The notes: a model not told the origin generated them from the sequence alone. Numbered from the stretch's first letter, positions 11,025-19,368 are shown. The stretch is 64,000 nt of DNA from Acetatifactor sp. (GCA_022511425.1 JAFLRO010000005.1:3326-67325); one strand, 5' to 3'. Numbers and translations are program-made.

Positions 11025-11057
11025 ACAGCCTCTTACAGGTCTTCTGTAAAAGGCTGT
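11025..11057 (-). terminator. Terminator-like hairpin downstream of the SH3b protein gene
   Basis: ACAGCCTCTTACA / TGTAAAAGGCTGT imperfect stem. On the minus strand it is followed by TTTGTG. Confidence 0.5.
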
Positions 11058-11086
11058 CCATTTTCCATTTATTTATACATCACACC

Positions 11087-12316
11087 TCACTGCTGCACAG
11101 TCACATACTTACCCATGACATATGCCGTCCTGCCGTTGAACACCACCTTGCACCATTCGCCTTCCACCGCCAGCAGATCCAGTTTTTCTCCCTTTATCAG
11201 CGTGCCGAGATGCTCTGACGATGTACTGGAATCCGCACGAATTCTGACATTTTCCACAGCGGTCACAGTACCAATAACATTCTGCCCCGCGGCACTCTCC
11301 TCAAATTCAAGATACTCTGTCTTAATATATCCTTCACTACCATTGTAGAGTACCTTTGTCCAGCCATTGACACGAACCTCCAGAACCTGAAGTCTGGTTC
11401 CTTTGCCAATCTTGCCTAAACTGCTGGCTTGCGTACTGTCAGAACTTCTCACATTGAGTCCGCTGGTTGTTGCGGTCGCATACGCAGGAACAGTCTCCGT
11501 CCCGGGCTCAGGTGTTGCAGTAGTCCCTTCACCTTCCTGATTTTCTCCTTCACCTTCGTTTCCATCTTCCGGTGAGTCAGCCTTATTCAGGCTGGCAAGT
11601 AAAATTCCATAGTCAATATCCCTTTGATTTATTACTTCTTCCATATATTTCAGCAGATAGGGTTTCTCGCGCATAAGGTCTTTATATTCTACATTCACAC
11701 GGTTGTTGAACTCAATTACATCATCCTGACTGCTGACTGCAGTAATATATGCAATATCCTCCTCGGTAAAGTTTGACTCATTCTTGATGTAAAGGCTTCC
11801 ATCCTCGTTCGTACAGATATATAACATTTCATAGCCTGGAAACTCTTCTTCATGATTTACAAAACACACACGATAATATATATAGGCAATAACTGAATCA
11901 GCCACAGGCCCCTGCTTCGTATTCACCTGAAGCTCTGCGTAATGATCCAAATAGGGCGACAGTGCTTGCTTCCACAGAAGCTCACTGTCAGAAATTGTAT
12001 CGTAGGTAGACGCAAGAGTCTCCATATCTCCTACGCCAAGGGCATTATAATAAGTTGCAACCAGTGTGTATATTGCACTATTCTCATTTGGCAGCAGCGG
12101 TATTTCCGGTATTTCATCCAGATTCAGCATCTCATTCCCATCTTCATGATCAGTACTTCCCTCTATATCGCTGCTATCCTCAGTATTTCTTTCCCGGTTC
12201 ACATGCAGCGCAACCGATACGGTAAAAGCCACAACAACTATCACTATTATAGGAAAAACAATTTTACAATGCTTTACTATAAAATCACGTATGACAGACA
12301 GTTTATTCCTTTGCAT
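11087..12316 (-). CDS. Membrane-anchored protein with two C-terminal bacterial SH3 (SH3b) domains
   Basis: 409 aa. N-terminal TM (IVFPIIVIVVVAFTVSVAL) and an acidic linker. Two repeats fit the SH3_3 pattern: LNVRSSDSTQASSLGKIGKGTRLQVLE...GWTKVLYNGSEGYI and VRIRADSSTSSEHLGTLIKGEKLDLLAVEGEWCKVVFNGRTAYV. Confidence 0.75.
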   Translation of the reverse strand: MQRNKLSVIRDFIVKHCKIVFPIIVIVVVAFTVSVALHVNRERNTEDSSDIEGSTDHEDGNEMLNLDEIPEIPLLPNENSAIYTLVATYYNALGVGDMETLASTYDTISDSELLWKQALSPYLDHYAELQVNTKQGPVADSVIAYIYYRVCFVNHEEEFPGYEMLYICTNEDGSLYIKNESNFTEEDIAYITAVSSQDDVIEFNNRVNVEYKDLMREKPYLLKYMEEVINQRDIDYGILLASLNKADSPEDGNEGEGENQEGEGTTATPEPGTETVPAYATATTSGLNVRSSDSTQASSLGKIGKGTRLQVLEVRVNGWTKVLYNGSEGYIKTEYLEFEESAAGQNVIGTVTAVENVRIRADSSTSSEHLGTLIKGEKLDLLAVEGEWCKVVFNGRTAYVMGKYVTVQQ

Positions 12317-12398
12317 AAAATCAACCTTTCTATAAACGGAAAAAGCCGCAAGCGGCTCCTCAATTGGCTATATCTATTACAGTGCAGGGTGATGCAAA

Positions 12399-12470
12399 TG
12401 CAGCCGACAGGAATCGAACCTGCATTAAAGGCGTCGGAGGCCTTCGTTCTATCCGTTAGACTACGGCTGC
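12399..12470 (-). tRNA. tRNA-Arg (anticodon CCG)
   Basis: Minus strand GCAGCCGTAGTCTAACGGATAGAACGAAGGCCTCCGACGCCTTTAATGCAGGTTCGATTCCTGTCGGCTGCA. It has a 7-bp acceptor stem, anticodon stem AAGGC/GCCTT with loop CTCCGAC, and T-arm GCAGG-TTCGATT-CCTGT. No CCA is encoded. The D-arm is slightly irregular. Confidence 0.85.
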
Positions 12471-12616
12471 AAATATTACAAAATTGTTACATCACCCTGA
12501 CTATAATATCATAAAAACCTTAATCTGTCTACCATGAAATTAAAAAATAAAGAAATAGAAATAAAAAAGCGAACGAAATAGAAAAAGTAATAATATGACG
12601 AAACTACAGAACGGAA

Positions 12617-13510
12617 CTACATAATAATTTCAACACGCCTTTTTCCACGGTCGTATCGATACAGACTATCGGACAGCACTTCCTCCGGCGCAACCTGTGT
12701 CCTATTCACCTGAACAATCATGGACTTCAGATCGTCGGGATTCTCTTTCCCACTATCCGGCAAAAGAATGACCTCATGAATGGAACTGGGCAGGATGTAT
12801 AGATCAGCCTGATGCTCCTCAGCAAGTTTCTCCATCACTCCCTGGTAAATCAGACATACTGCACCATTCATCCGCTGATGGTTGCTAAGCACTCTCATGG
12901 GTACTTCCTTAGCCAAAAGCTCTTCCTGGAGTTTTTTATCCGTCACTTCGCGGAGTACTTCTTCCATGGTACAACACTGCCATGGGAACAGCTTAGGTGT
13001 ATTCTGCTGTGCCCTCTCCATCAGATCAGCCACGCCGCACTTCCATATCTCCATATGGGAATTGTGTATCATAATGCTACCCTCACCCAGGCTCTCTCCT
13101 TTATAAGCATAAAAGAAGCAGATTGCCATGTCGAGAAAATCCACGAAGGGGATATCCTTCAAAAGCTCCTCATTGCCGGCTCTCCCTATCAGCCTATAAC
13201 AGATTCTGTCACAGACCTTTTCATAGCTTCTGAAAAACTCCATATCAATGTTCCTTGCCGGTACATCCTGTCCGTGCACTTCCAGAAGCCTGCGTATAAT
13301 TTCCCCGAATGTCATTCCCTCCTCGTAGACCCTGAAGAAATGCTCCAGATATATGGTGGGCACCACATTACCCTCTCCTGAAGATATCAGAAGCCCATGC
13401 AGCATCACTCCGTTATTTTTTCTTACTTCCTTCAGTTCTACATTGTATTTTGCACCGAGTTCTTCACCAACCGCCCTACACACTTTTTGTGCAAATTCAT
13501 TTATATTCAT
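12617..13510 (-). CDS. DUF5688-like protein
   Basis: ORF 12617..13657. AGAGGA SD selects Met50 (MNINEFAQKVCRAVGEELGAKYNVELKEVRKNNGVMLHGLLI...PTIYLE). The N-terminal pattern matches my recollection of DUF5688 proteins of Lachnospiraceae. Confidence 0.6.
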   Translation of the reverse strand: MNINEFAQKVCRAVGEELGAKYNVELKEVRKNNGVMLHGLLISSGEGNVVPTIYLEHFFRVYEEGMTFGEIIRRLLEVHGQDVPARNIDMEFFRSYEKVCDRICYRLIGRAGNEELLKDIPFVDFLDMAICFFYAYKGESLGEGSIMIHNSHMEIWKCGVADLMERAQQNTPKLFPWQCCTMEEVLREVTDKKLQEELLAKEVPMRVLSNHQRMNGAVCLIYQGVMEKLAEEHQADLYILPSSIHEVILLPDSGKENPDDLKSMIVQVNRTQVAPEEVLSDSLYRYDRGKRRVEIIM

Positions 13511-13708
13511 TTTTCCTCTTTCTGCACCGCTTATATTAGATTTTTGAATATTTAGATGCCAGTCAGGATGGCAGTAGATTTTTTCGTGGACAGCGGCACT
13601 GATCCACATAGACAGAATTACAGAAACTTTAGAAAATAAAAAGGCAACAACACCCAAAAGGGTATCATTGCCTTACAAGTCTTAAATAGAAAGAATAATG
13701 CACAGTCG

Positions 13709-14266
13709 TTATACGCGGGAAAGATACTCACCGGTTCTGGTGTCGATCTTAATCTTGTCACCCTGCTCTACGAACAGAGGAACAGCTACCTGCGCACCGG
13801 TCTCCACCGTCGCAGGCTTGTTTGCTCCGGTCGCGGTGTCTCCCTTGAATCCGGGCTCTGTCTCGGTGATCTCCAGTTCTACAAAGAGAGGGGGTTCCAC
13901 AGAGAACACGCTGCCATTGTGGGAGCAGACCTTACACATCTCGTTCTCCTTCACGAACTTCAGAGCATCACCCACTGCTTCAGCATTCAGTGCGATCTGC
14001 TCGTAATTCTCGGTATCCATAAAGTAGTACAGGTCGCCGTCGGAGTACAGATACTGCATATCTTTTCTATCAATACGAGCCTGGGGGCACTTCTCCGTGG
14101 GGCGGAAGGTCTTCTCAACCACACCACCATTCTTAATATTCTTCAGCTTTGTCCTGACAAAAGCTGCGCCCTTTCCAGGTTTTACATGCTGGAATTCAAT
14201 AATCTGGTACACATTACCATCATATTCAATGGTAATACCATTTCTGAAATCACCTGCTGAAATCAT
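13709..14266 (-). CDS. efp: Translation elongation factor P
   Basis: 185 aa. [43 protein letters not shown] is canonical EF-P. Confidence 0.95.
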   Translation of the reverse strand: MISAGDFRNGITIEYDGNVYQIIEFQHVKPGKGAAFVRTKLKNIKNGGVVEKTFRPTEKCPQARIDRKDMQYLYSDGDLYYFMDTENYEQIALNAEAVGDALKFVKENEMCKVCSHNGSVFSVEPPLFVELEITETEPGFKGDTATGANKPATVETGAQVAVPLFVEQGDKIKIDTRTGEYLSRV

Positions 14267-14369
14267 ATACTATTTCCTCCTAATATTCTAAACTAAACAT
14301 AATTCCAGATTAGTTTAATATAAAAATGTACAAATTTCAACTATTTTAGTAAATTTTTTTGGAAACTGT

Positions 14370-15317
14370 TTATTCTTTGTTCAAAATATAGTCAATGGAC
14401 ATCAAATACCCTTCCAGCCCTTCGCCGTAAATCTGTTTGTCACACACTGGAGCAGTGACAGATGTCCTTCGGAATTCCTCCCGAGCGGTAATGTCCGAAA
14501 TGTGTATTTCAACCTTCGGCACTGTAATACTGGCCAAGGCATCCCTGATGGCATAGCTGTAATGGGTATATGCGCCGGGATTGATAACTATGCCCTCCGT
14601 TCCGTCAAAATAGGACTCTTGAATCCTGTCAATGATGGCGCCTTCGTGATTGCTCTGGAATACTTCAATGATACAGCCCGTTTCTTCAGCCTTTTTTTGA
14701 ATTAAGTCCAGCAGATACTGATAATCCTGGGTACCATATACGCTCTTTTCCCTGATTCCCAGGAAGTTAATATTTGGTCCATTGATCACTAAAAGCTTCA
14801 TTTTGCTTATTTCCTCCTCAATTTTCTGCAGGATTTCCTCCATCTTCAAACCGTCCACATCTACTACAATATCCGCACAGGACGCGTAAGCCTCCCGGCG
14901 GCTTTCCAAAAGTTCCCGGATTCTACTTAGTGGATCCTCGCACTGCAAAAGCGGCCTTGTAGTGTCTCCTTTCAATCTCTCGTAAACCGTTTCCGGCTTC
15001 ACACGCAGCCAGACCACAGTCCCCAGCCGCTTCAATAATTTCCAGTTATCTGAGTTTACAGGGGTGCCTCCCCCCACAGAATAAATCTTAACATTCTGCC
15101 GTTTCTCTGCAAGCTCTGCCAGCAGTTCTGTCTCCTTCCTCCGGAAATATGCCTCTCCATCCACAGCAAAAATGTCATTGATGCTCCTGCCCTCCCGGCG
15201 CTCGATCAACTTGTCAGTGTCCTCCACAGGCATCTTCAGCCTGTACGACAGCCTAATGCCTAAAGAGGTCTTGCCGCTGCCCATAAATCCTGTCAAAACC
15301 AGATTTCTATTTCTCAT
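14370..15317 (-). CDS. Bifunctional shikimate kinase / type II 3-dehydroquinate dehydratase (AroK-AroQ fusion)
   Basis: N-terminal half has the P-loop GFMGSGKTS of shikimate kinase. C-terminal half (from MKLLVINGPNINFLGIREKSVYG, with HISDITAREEFR) is type II dehydroquinase. Confidence 0.88.
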   Translation of the reverse strand: MRNRNLVLTGFMGSGKTSLGIRLSYRLKMPVEDTDKLIERREGRSINDIFAVDGEAYFRRKETELLAELAEKRQNVKIYSVGGGTPVNSDNWKLLKRLGTVVWLRVKPETVYERLKGDTTRPLLQCEDPLSRIRELLESRREAYASCADIVVDVDGLKMEEILQKIEEEISKMKLLVINGPNINFLGIREKSVYGTQDYQYLLDLIQKKAEETGCIIEVFQSNHEGAIIDRIQESYFDGTEGIVINPGAYTHYSYAIRDALASITVPKVEIHISDITAREEFRRTSVTAPVCDKQIYGEGLEGYLMSIDYILNKE

Positions 15318-15330
15318 TGACTCACCCCGC

Positions 15331-16197
15331 CTACAGACCCATAGCCTGTTTCATCTCTGCATAAGCCTTTCCGGCCAGCTCCCTGTCCACCCGGGCTCCC
15401 GTCCATAGCTCATAGGCAATGATTCCCTGATACAGCAGCATCTTAAGCCCACCAAAGGCCTTGCCGCCACTTTTCTTTACCAGCTCCATGAACCTTGTCT
15501 CAGCCGGATTGAAAACCAGATCATAACCTGTGTGGATATAGCAGTAAAAGCTGGGATCCTCAATCACCACATCCTCCACATTCGGGAACATCCCCAGGCT
15601 GGTAGCCTGAATGGCAAGATATTTGTCCTTGGGCAATTTGCCATAATCCGCCAGAGCAAGTGCAGTCACTGCCGGCCGGTCGGCACAGCTGTTGACCTCC
15701 AGGGCAATCTGCTCCGCCTTTTCCAGAGTGCGGTTCAGGATGACAATACGCTCCGCTCCCTTATGTATAAGAAGCATAGCCACTGCCCTTGCAACTCCTC
15801 CGGCCCCCAGTATCAGTACCTTCTCTCCCTCTATCTTAACACCGTCCTCACACATAGCGCGGTATAACCCCGGCATATCTGTGTTGTAGCCCTTAAAACC
15901 TCCTTCTGTCCGCACCAGAGTATTCACCGCTCCGATCTGCTCTGCCAAAGGATCGATTTCCCGCAGGAAAGGGATTACCTGGGCTTTGTAAGGCACCGTC
16001 ACGTTACAGCCCAACAGGTTCAGCGCATAGGCTCCGCTTACCGCCTCCCCCACATGTCCCTCGGGTACATGAAAAGGAACATATATCAGATTCTCACCCA
16101 GCGCTTCTGCCAGTGTATTGTGTATAGCCGGTGACATAGTGTGTTCCACCGGGTTTCCCATCAACCCGCAGGTGCGAGTGTAGCCGTTAATCTTCAT
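15331..16197 (-). CDS. aroE: Shikimate dehydrogenase
   Basis: ORF 15331..16344. AGGAGA plus 5 nt selects Met50 (MKINGYTRTCGLMGNPVEHTMSPAIHN). GAGGVARA Rossmann motif is present. Confidence 0.9.
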   Translation of the reverse strand: MKINGYTRTCGLMGNPVEHTMSPAIHNTLAEALGENLIYVPFHVPEGHVGEAVSGAYALNLLGCNVTVPYKAQVIPFLREIDPLAEQIGAVNTLVRTEGGFKGYNTDMPGLYRAMCEDGVKIEGEKVLILGAGGVARAVAMLLIHKGAERIVILNRTLEKAEQIALEVNSCADRPAVTALALADYGKLPKDKYLAIQATSLGMFPNVEDVVIEDPSFYCYIHTGYDLVFNPAETRFMELVKKSGGKAFGGLKMLLYQGIIAYELWTGARVDRELAGKAYAEMKQAMGL

Positions 16198-16276
16198 AGT
16201 GTCTCCTGATTCCGTCCTTTCCATATTTGCCATCTTTTTCCCATCTGTCCCAATCCAATCCGTCGCATCACTGTTC

Positions 16277-16780
16277 TCACCACCCCCGCATCCTGCGGTG
16301 GTAGAAAAAGAGTACGATCCGCTCCAGCTTTCGCTTAAGCACAATCTGAATCTCCTCTTTGGGATGAATAGGCTTCACCAGGTAAGTGACAATTCCCATT
16401 TTCTTTGCTCCCCATACATCTGTAAATAGCTGATCCCCCACAAACAGCGTATTCTCCGGAGTGGTTCCCATATCAGTCATGGCTTTGGCATATCCTCTGC
16501 CGCCGGGTTTTCCTGCCTTGAACACATACAGCGATCCCACACTTTCCGCAAAGGATTTTACCCTGGGCTCCTTGTTGTTGGACAAAAGTACCGTCCTGAA
16601 GCCTATCCTCCGCAGTCTCACAAAGAGCTGTACCGCCCTCTCATCCGCTGGAGCGCCATGGGGTACCAGGGTATTGTCTATATCAAAAATCACACCTCGA
16701 CCACCTTTTTCATACAGGGTTTCATAGTTGATGTCATAGGCGCTATCCACCTCATTGTCCGGATAAAAACGTTGAAACAT
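16277..16780 (-). CDS. yqeG: YqeG-family HAD-IIIA phosphatase
   Basis: 167 aa. DIDNTL and GDQLFTDV HAD motifs are present. It lies upstream of aroE, as in the Bacillus yqeG operon. Confidence 0.85.
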   Translation of the reverse strand: MFQRFYPDNEVDSAYDINYETLYEKGGRGVIFDIDNTLVPHGAPADERAVQLFVRLRRIGFRTVLLSNNKEPRVKSFAESVGSLYVFKAGKPGGRGYAKAMTDMGTTPENTLFVGDQLFTDVWGAKKMGIVTYLVKPIHPKEEIQIVLKRKLERIVLFFYHRRMRGW

Positions 16781-16839
16781 GTACCGTTCTCCTCACTGCA
16801 CTCCAAATTACCTGTCATTCTGCTTCCAGCAACATAAAC

Positions 16840-17904
16840 CTACAAAACGATATCCGCCTTATCCCGAATTCCAAATGCTGTAAAGTAATTCTCCTCCATA
16901 GGAATCCATCGCTGTTTGAAAGCCTCCAGAGCCTCCTCCCCATCCCGCACACCGATGCGGCGCAGCTGTTCCTTGCTCTCCACATCGCTAAACACCCGCA
17001 ATGTCATATAGTTTCCCAGTTTTGGATGACAGCTGTATGCGCCCTCCACCACCAGAATTCCTTTTCCCGTTACTTTCCGCTCCTCTCCCAGTTCCATCCT
17101 GCTGCAGTCAAAGCGGCGATAGGAAAAATCTTCGCTACAATTCAAAGCGGGCAGCACCTCCGTCCGAAACCGCTCATAATGTACATTTCCGCCGGGTTCT
17201 TTCAGTCTTGCCTCCGTCCGCAACTCAGACGGCAGAAAAAAATCATCCATATGAACCACACCGGCTCCTGTCACCATAGCCAGAAGCTCTGCTAATGTAC
17301 TCTTTCCGGAGGCACAGCGTCCGTCAACGGCAACTATACATCTCCCGGACGCACCCGCGTTTGCCTCGGCTGCACAGACAGCCTCCAGCACCGGAATAAT
17401 CCTGAGAAACCGTGCACATACCAAACGATATGCAGGCCTCTCCGCCTGCCGGTAGGCCTCACTGTGGTGTACGGCCACCGGATTTTCTGTAGGATAATCT
17501 TTCAGGAATTCCTCCCAATCCTTCCGTGAAAAATGGAACGCTCCTGTGTCAGCAAGCTTCGCTGTTTCCTGCAGGCAGTTTCGGAACACCGTTATTCCTC
17601 CCTGTATAGGCTGAGCCGCCGTTGCTGCAAACATCTGAAAAAGCCACTTCACAGGCAGCTTCCTGTATTTCCACGCTCTAAGATTTACTCGGCATACATC
17701 CTCGCTGATTGATTCATGCAAAGGCTCTGACGGTTCAGGCTGCATCCGGTCATATTCCCGGAGAAGATATTGATATGCCGCCTCTCTGTCCTCAAGAAGA
17801 TGCTCGGCACCAAATGCAGCCTGATAACATAATTTCATTACATCCACAGGCTCCATAGCCTGATGTCGAGCAGTCTGACCTTTCATATACTCCACAAACT
17901 GCAT
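16840..17904 (-). CDS. Two-domain protein: unknown N-terminal domain fused to a uridine-kinase-like P-loop nucleoside/nucleotide kinase domain
   Basis: ORF 16840..17940. The SD favours Met13 (MQFVEYMKG). The C-terminal half has Walker A VDGRCASGKSTLAELL, HMDDFFLP and VVEGAY blocks, as in uridine kinase/PRK-family folds. I do not recognise the N-terminal ~190 aa. Confidence 0.6.
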   Translation of the reverse strand: MQFVEYMKGQTARHQAMEPVDVMKLCYQAAFGAEHLLEDREAAYQYLLREYDRMQPEPSEPLHESISEDVCRVNLRAWKYRKLPVKWLFQMFAATAAQPIQGGITVFRNCLQETAKLADTGAFHFSRKDWEEFLKDYPTENPVAVHHSEAYRQAERPAYRLVCARFLRIIPVLEAVCAAEANAGASGRCIVAVDGRCASGKSTLAELLAMVTGAGVVHMDDFFLPSELRTEARLKEPGGNVHYERFRTEVLPALNCSEDFSYRRFDCSRMELGEERKVTGKGILVVEGAYSCHPKLGNYMTLRVFSDVESKEQLRRIGVRDGEEALEAFKQRWIPMEENYFTAFGIRDKADIVL

Positions 17905-17932
17905 AGTGCCTTTCCTTCCTGTCAGTCCGAAT

Positions 17933-18340
17933 CTATCCACATAATTCAGCCAGCCGTTCCACCGCTTCTCTGATATTGTCTGCCAATTTCCTGTTCTCTA
18001 CACCCATCACCTGGGCATTACAGCGGCTCATGGGAATCAGTAGAATTGGCACATCACTGGATGCCACTGCCTCTGCCATTCGAGGAGTAATCTCACCCAA
18101 CATGGCATTTGCCATCACAATCCCGATAGGTCCCAAAATAGCATCCACCCTGGTGCTGTTGTAAACCACCGCGTTCTCGCCGGTTGCCCCCTCGTTAGTT
18201 CCGCCCTTCATCATGTTAGAGGTGGCCGTGGCGTTAGTTCCCACCGCTATCAATTCCGCCTCCGGATACCTCGAATGCAGCTCCTCTATCAAACTGCGGC
18301 CCACGCCGCCTCCCTGTCCATCCATAACCATGATCTTCAT
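17933..18340 (-). CDS. DUF3842-like protein
   Basis: ORF 17933..18403. Likely start Met22 (MKIMVMDGQGGGVGRSLIEEL). The Gly-rich N-terminus and size match my recollection of DUF3842. Confidence 0.6.
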   Translation of the reverse strand: MKIMVMDGQGGGVGRSLIEELHSRYPEAELIAVGTNATATSNMMKGGTNEGATGENAVVYNSTRVDAILGPIGIVMANAMLGEITPRMAEAVASSDVPILLIPMSRCNAQVMGVENRKLADNIREAVERLAELCG

Positions 18341-18424
18341 AATATTCTTACCTTTCAAGCGAACACCTGACAACTTTTTAATCATAACATGTCCGCACCT
18401 CATTCTTCAAGGGGCTTTCAAAAA

Positions 18425-18490
18425 GTTCCTCAGTCTCTTTCAAAATGTTTCTCAGTCTCTTTCGCAAAATTCTTCAGTCTCTTTCTCTTT
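18425..18490. repeat. Three tandem 22-nt imperfect repeats with core CAGTCTCTTTC
   Basis: Core at 18431-18441, 18453-18463 and 18475-18485, with a period of exactly 22 nt. They lie in the divergent intergenic region immediately upstream of the plus-strand promoter. Confidence 0.75.
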
Positions 18491-18511
18491 CACAAAGTTC
18501 CCTACTCACTC

Positions 18512-18539
18512 TTGACAATATGGATTTTTCATGTATGAT
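18512..18539 (+). promoter_or_regulatory. Sigma-A-type promoter candidate for the ECF-S-like gene leader
   Basis: TTGACA (18512-18517), 16-nt spacer, TATGAT (18534-18539). Confidence 0.5.
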
Positions 18540-18659
18540 AGGTATGTGAAGCTGCTTCAGGAAGAAGTGGCGCATTTTGAAGAATGCTCTATACCATACC
18601 ACACTGTAAACGTAGTTGAGTAAATATTGACATAATGTTTTAAATAATCTAAGCGAATG

Positions 18660-18711
18660 CCATGAAGGCTTGCAGCTCCTTGAAAGGAGCTTCGGTTTTC
18701 ATGGTTTTTTT
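18660..18711 (+). terminator. Intrinsic terminator inside the 5' leader (attenuator / expression platform)
   Basis: CCATGAA...TTCATGG outer stem encloses AGCTCC-TTGAA-AGGAGCT and is followed by a T7 run. It ends 32 nt before the start codon at 18743. Confidence 0.6.
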
Positions 18712-18742
18712 GTGCCGTTATTGCGGCAGAAAGAGAGGAAAT

Positions 18743-19315
18743 ATGAGCAAAATGAATCATTTGACAAGAACTGTTACCACTGCGGTGTGCATCGCACTGT
18801 GTGTAGTGCTTCCTATGGCACTGCATTTTATACCCGGAATCGGGTCGCTGAACCTTGGCACATTGCTCTCCCCCATGCACCTTCCCGTACTGCTCTGCGG
18901 ACTGGTATGTGGCTGGCCTTACGGTTTAGTCTGCGGCATCATAGGTCCCTTGCTCTCCAGCCTGCTCACCAGCATGCCTGGGCTTGGGTATCTGCCAAAC
19001 ATGATGGTGGAACTGGCGCTGTATGGTCTGATTTCTGGTATCATGATACAGCTGGTACACACCGGCAAACAGACAGCTGACCTGTACATCAGCCTAATCA
19101 CCGCTATGTTGACAGGTCGCATTCTTACCGGTATCTTAAGAGCACTGACCTTGGGTATTTTTGCACCTGTTACTTTGAAGTCATGGGCTACCGGCTATTT
19201 TGTATCCAGCCTGCCCGGCATCATTCTCCAATTGATCCTGTTGCCAGTCCTATACATGGCTTTACAGCGGGCAAAGCTGATTCCCGCCCGGTATCCTCGG
19301 ATAAAAGCCGCCTGA
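18743..19315 (+). CDS. Multi-pass membrane protein resembling an ECF-transporter S (substrate-capture) component; substrate unknown
   Basis: ORF 18662..19315. GAGAGGAAAT before ATG selects Met28 (MSKMNHLTRTVTTAVCIALCVVLP), giving 190 aa with 5-6 hydrophobic helices. The P-x-H...G-x-P-Y-G pattern is reminiscent of ThiW/ECF_trnsprt families. Confidence 0.5.
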   Translation: MSKMNHLTRTVTTAVCIALCVVLPMALHFIPGIGSLNLGTLLSPMHLPVLLCGLVCGWPYGLVCGIIGPLLSSLLTSMPGLGYLPNMMVELALYGLISGIMIQLVHTGKQTADLYISLITAMLTGRILTGILRALTLGIFAPVTLKSWATGYFVSSLPGIILQLILLPVLYMALQRAKLIPARYPRIKAA

Positions 19316-19368
19316 CAAAAATCCCCGAAGGCCGTGTCCATGAAGGACTGCCGTCGGGGATTTAAATA

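Noticed and set aside
12317-13657. Genomic island integrated at tRNA-Arg
   Set aside because: There is no integrase, no direct repeat of the tRNA 3' end, and the neighbouring genes on both sides look chromosomal. Only the DUF5688-like gene hints at mobile ancestry.
18540-18742. Assignment of the leader to a known riboswitch class (TPP, preQ1, FMN, THF, cobalamin)
   Set aside because: None of the conserved cores I know could be found by eye, so the leader is left as unclassified rather than named.
18557-18880. 107-aa minus-strand ORF and the 136-aa plus-strand ORF (18670..19080) in the ECF-S-like leader and gene
   Set aside because: They overlap the promoter, leader and terminator and are alternative frames of the membrane protein gene. 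Their composition is Cys/His-rich with no SD.
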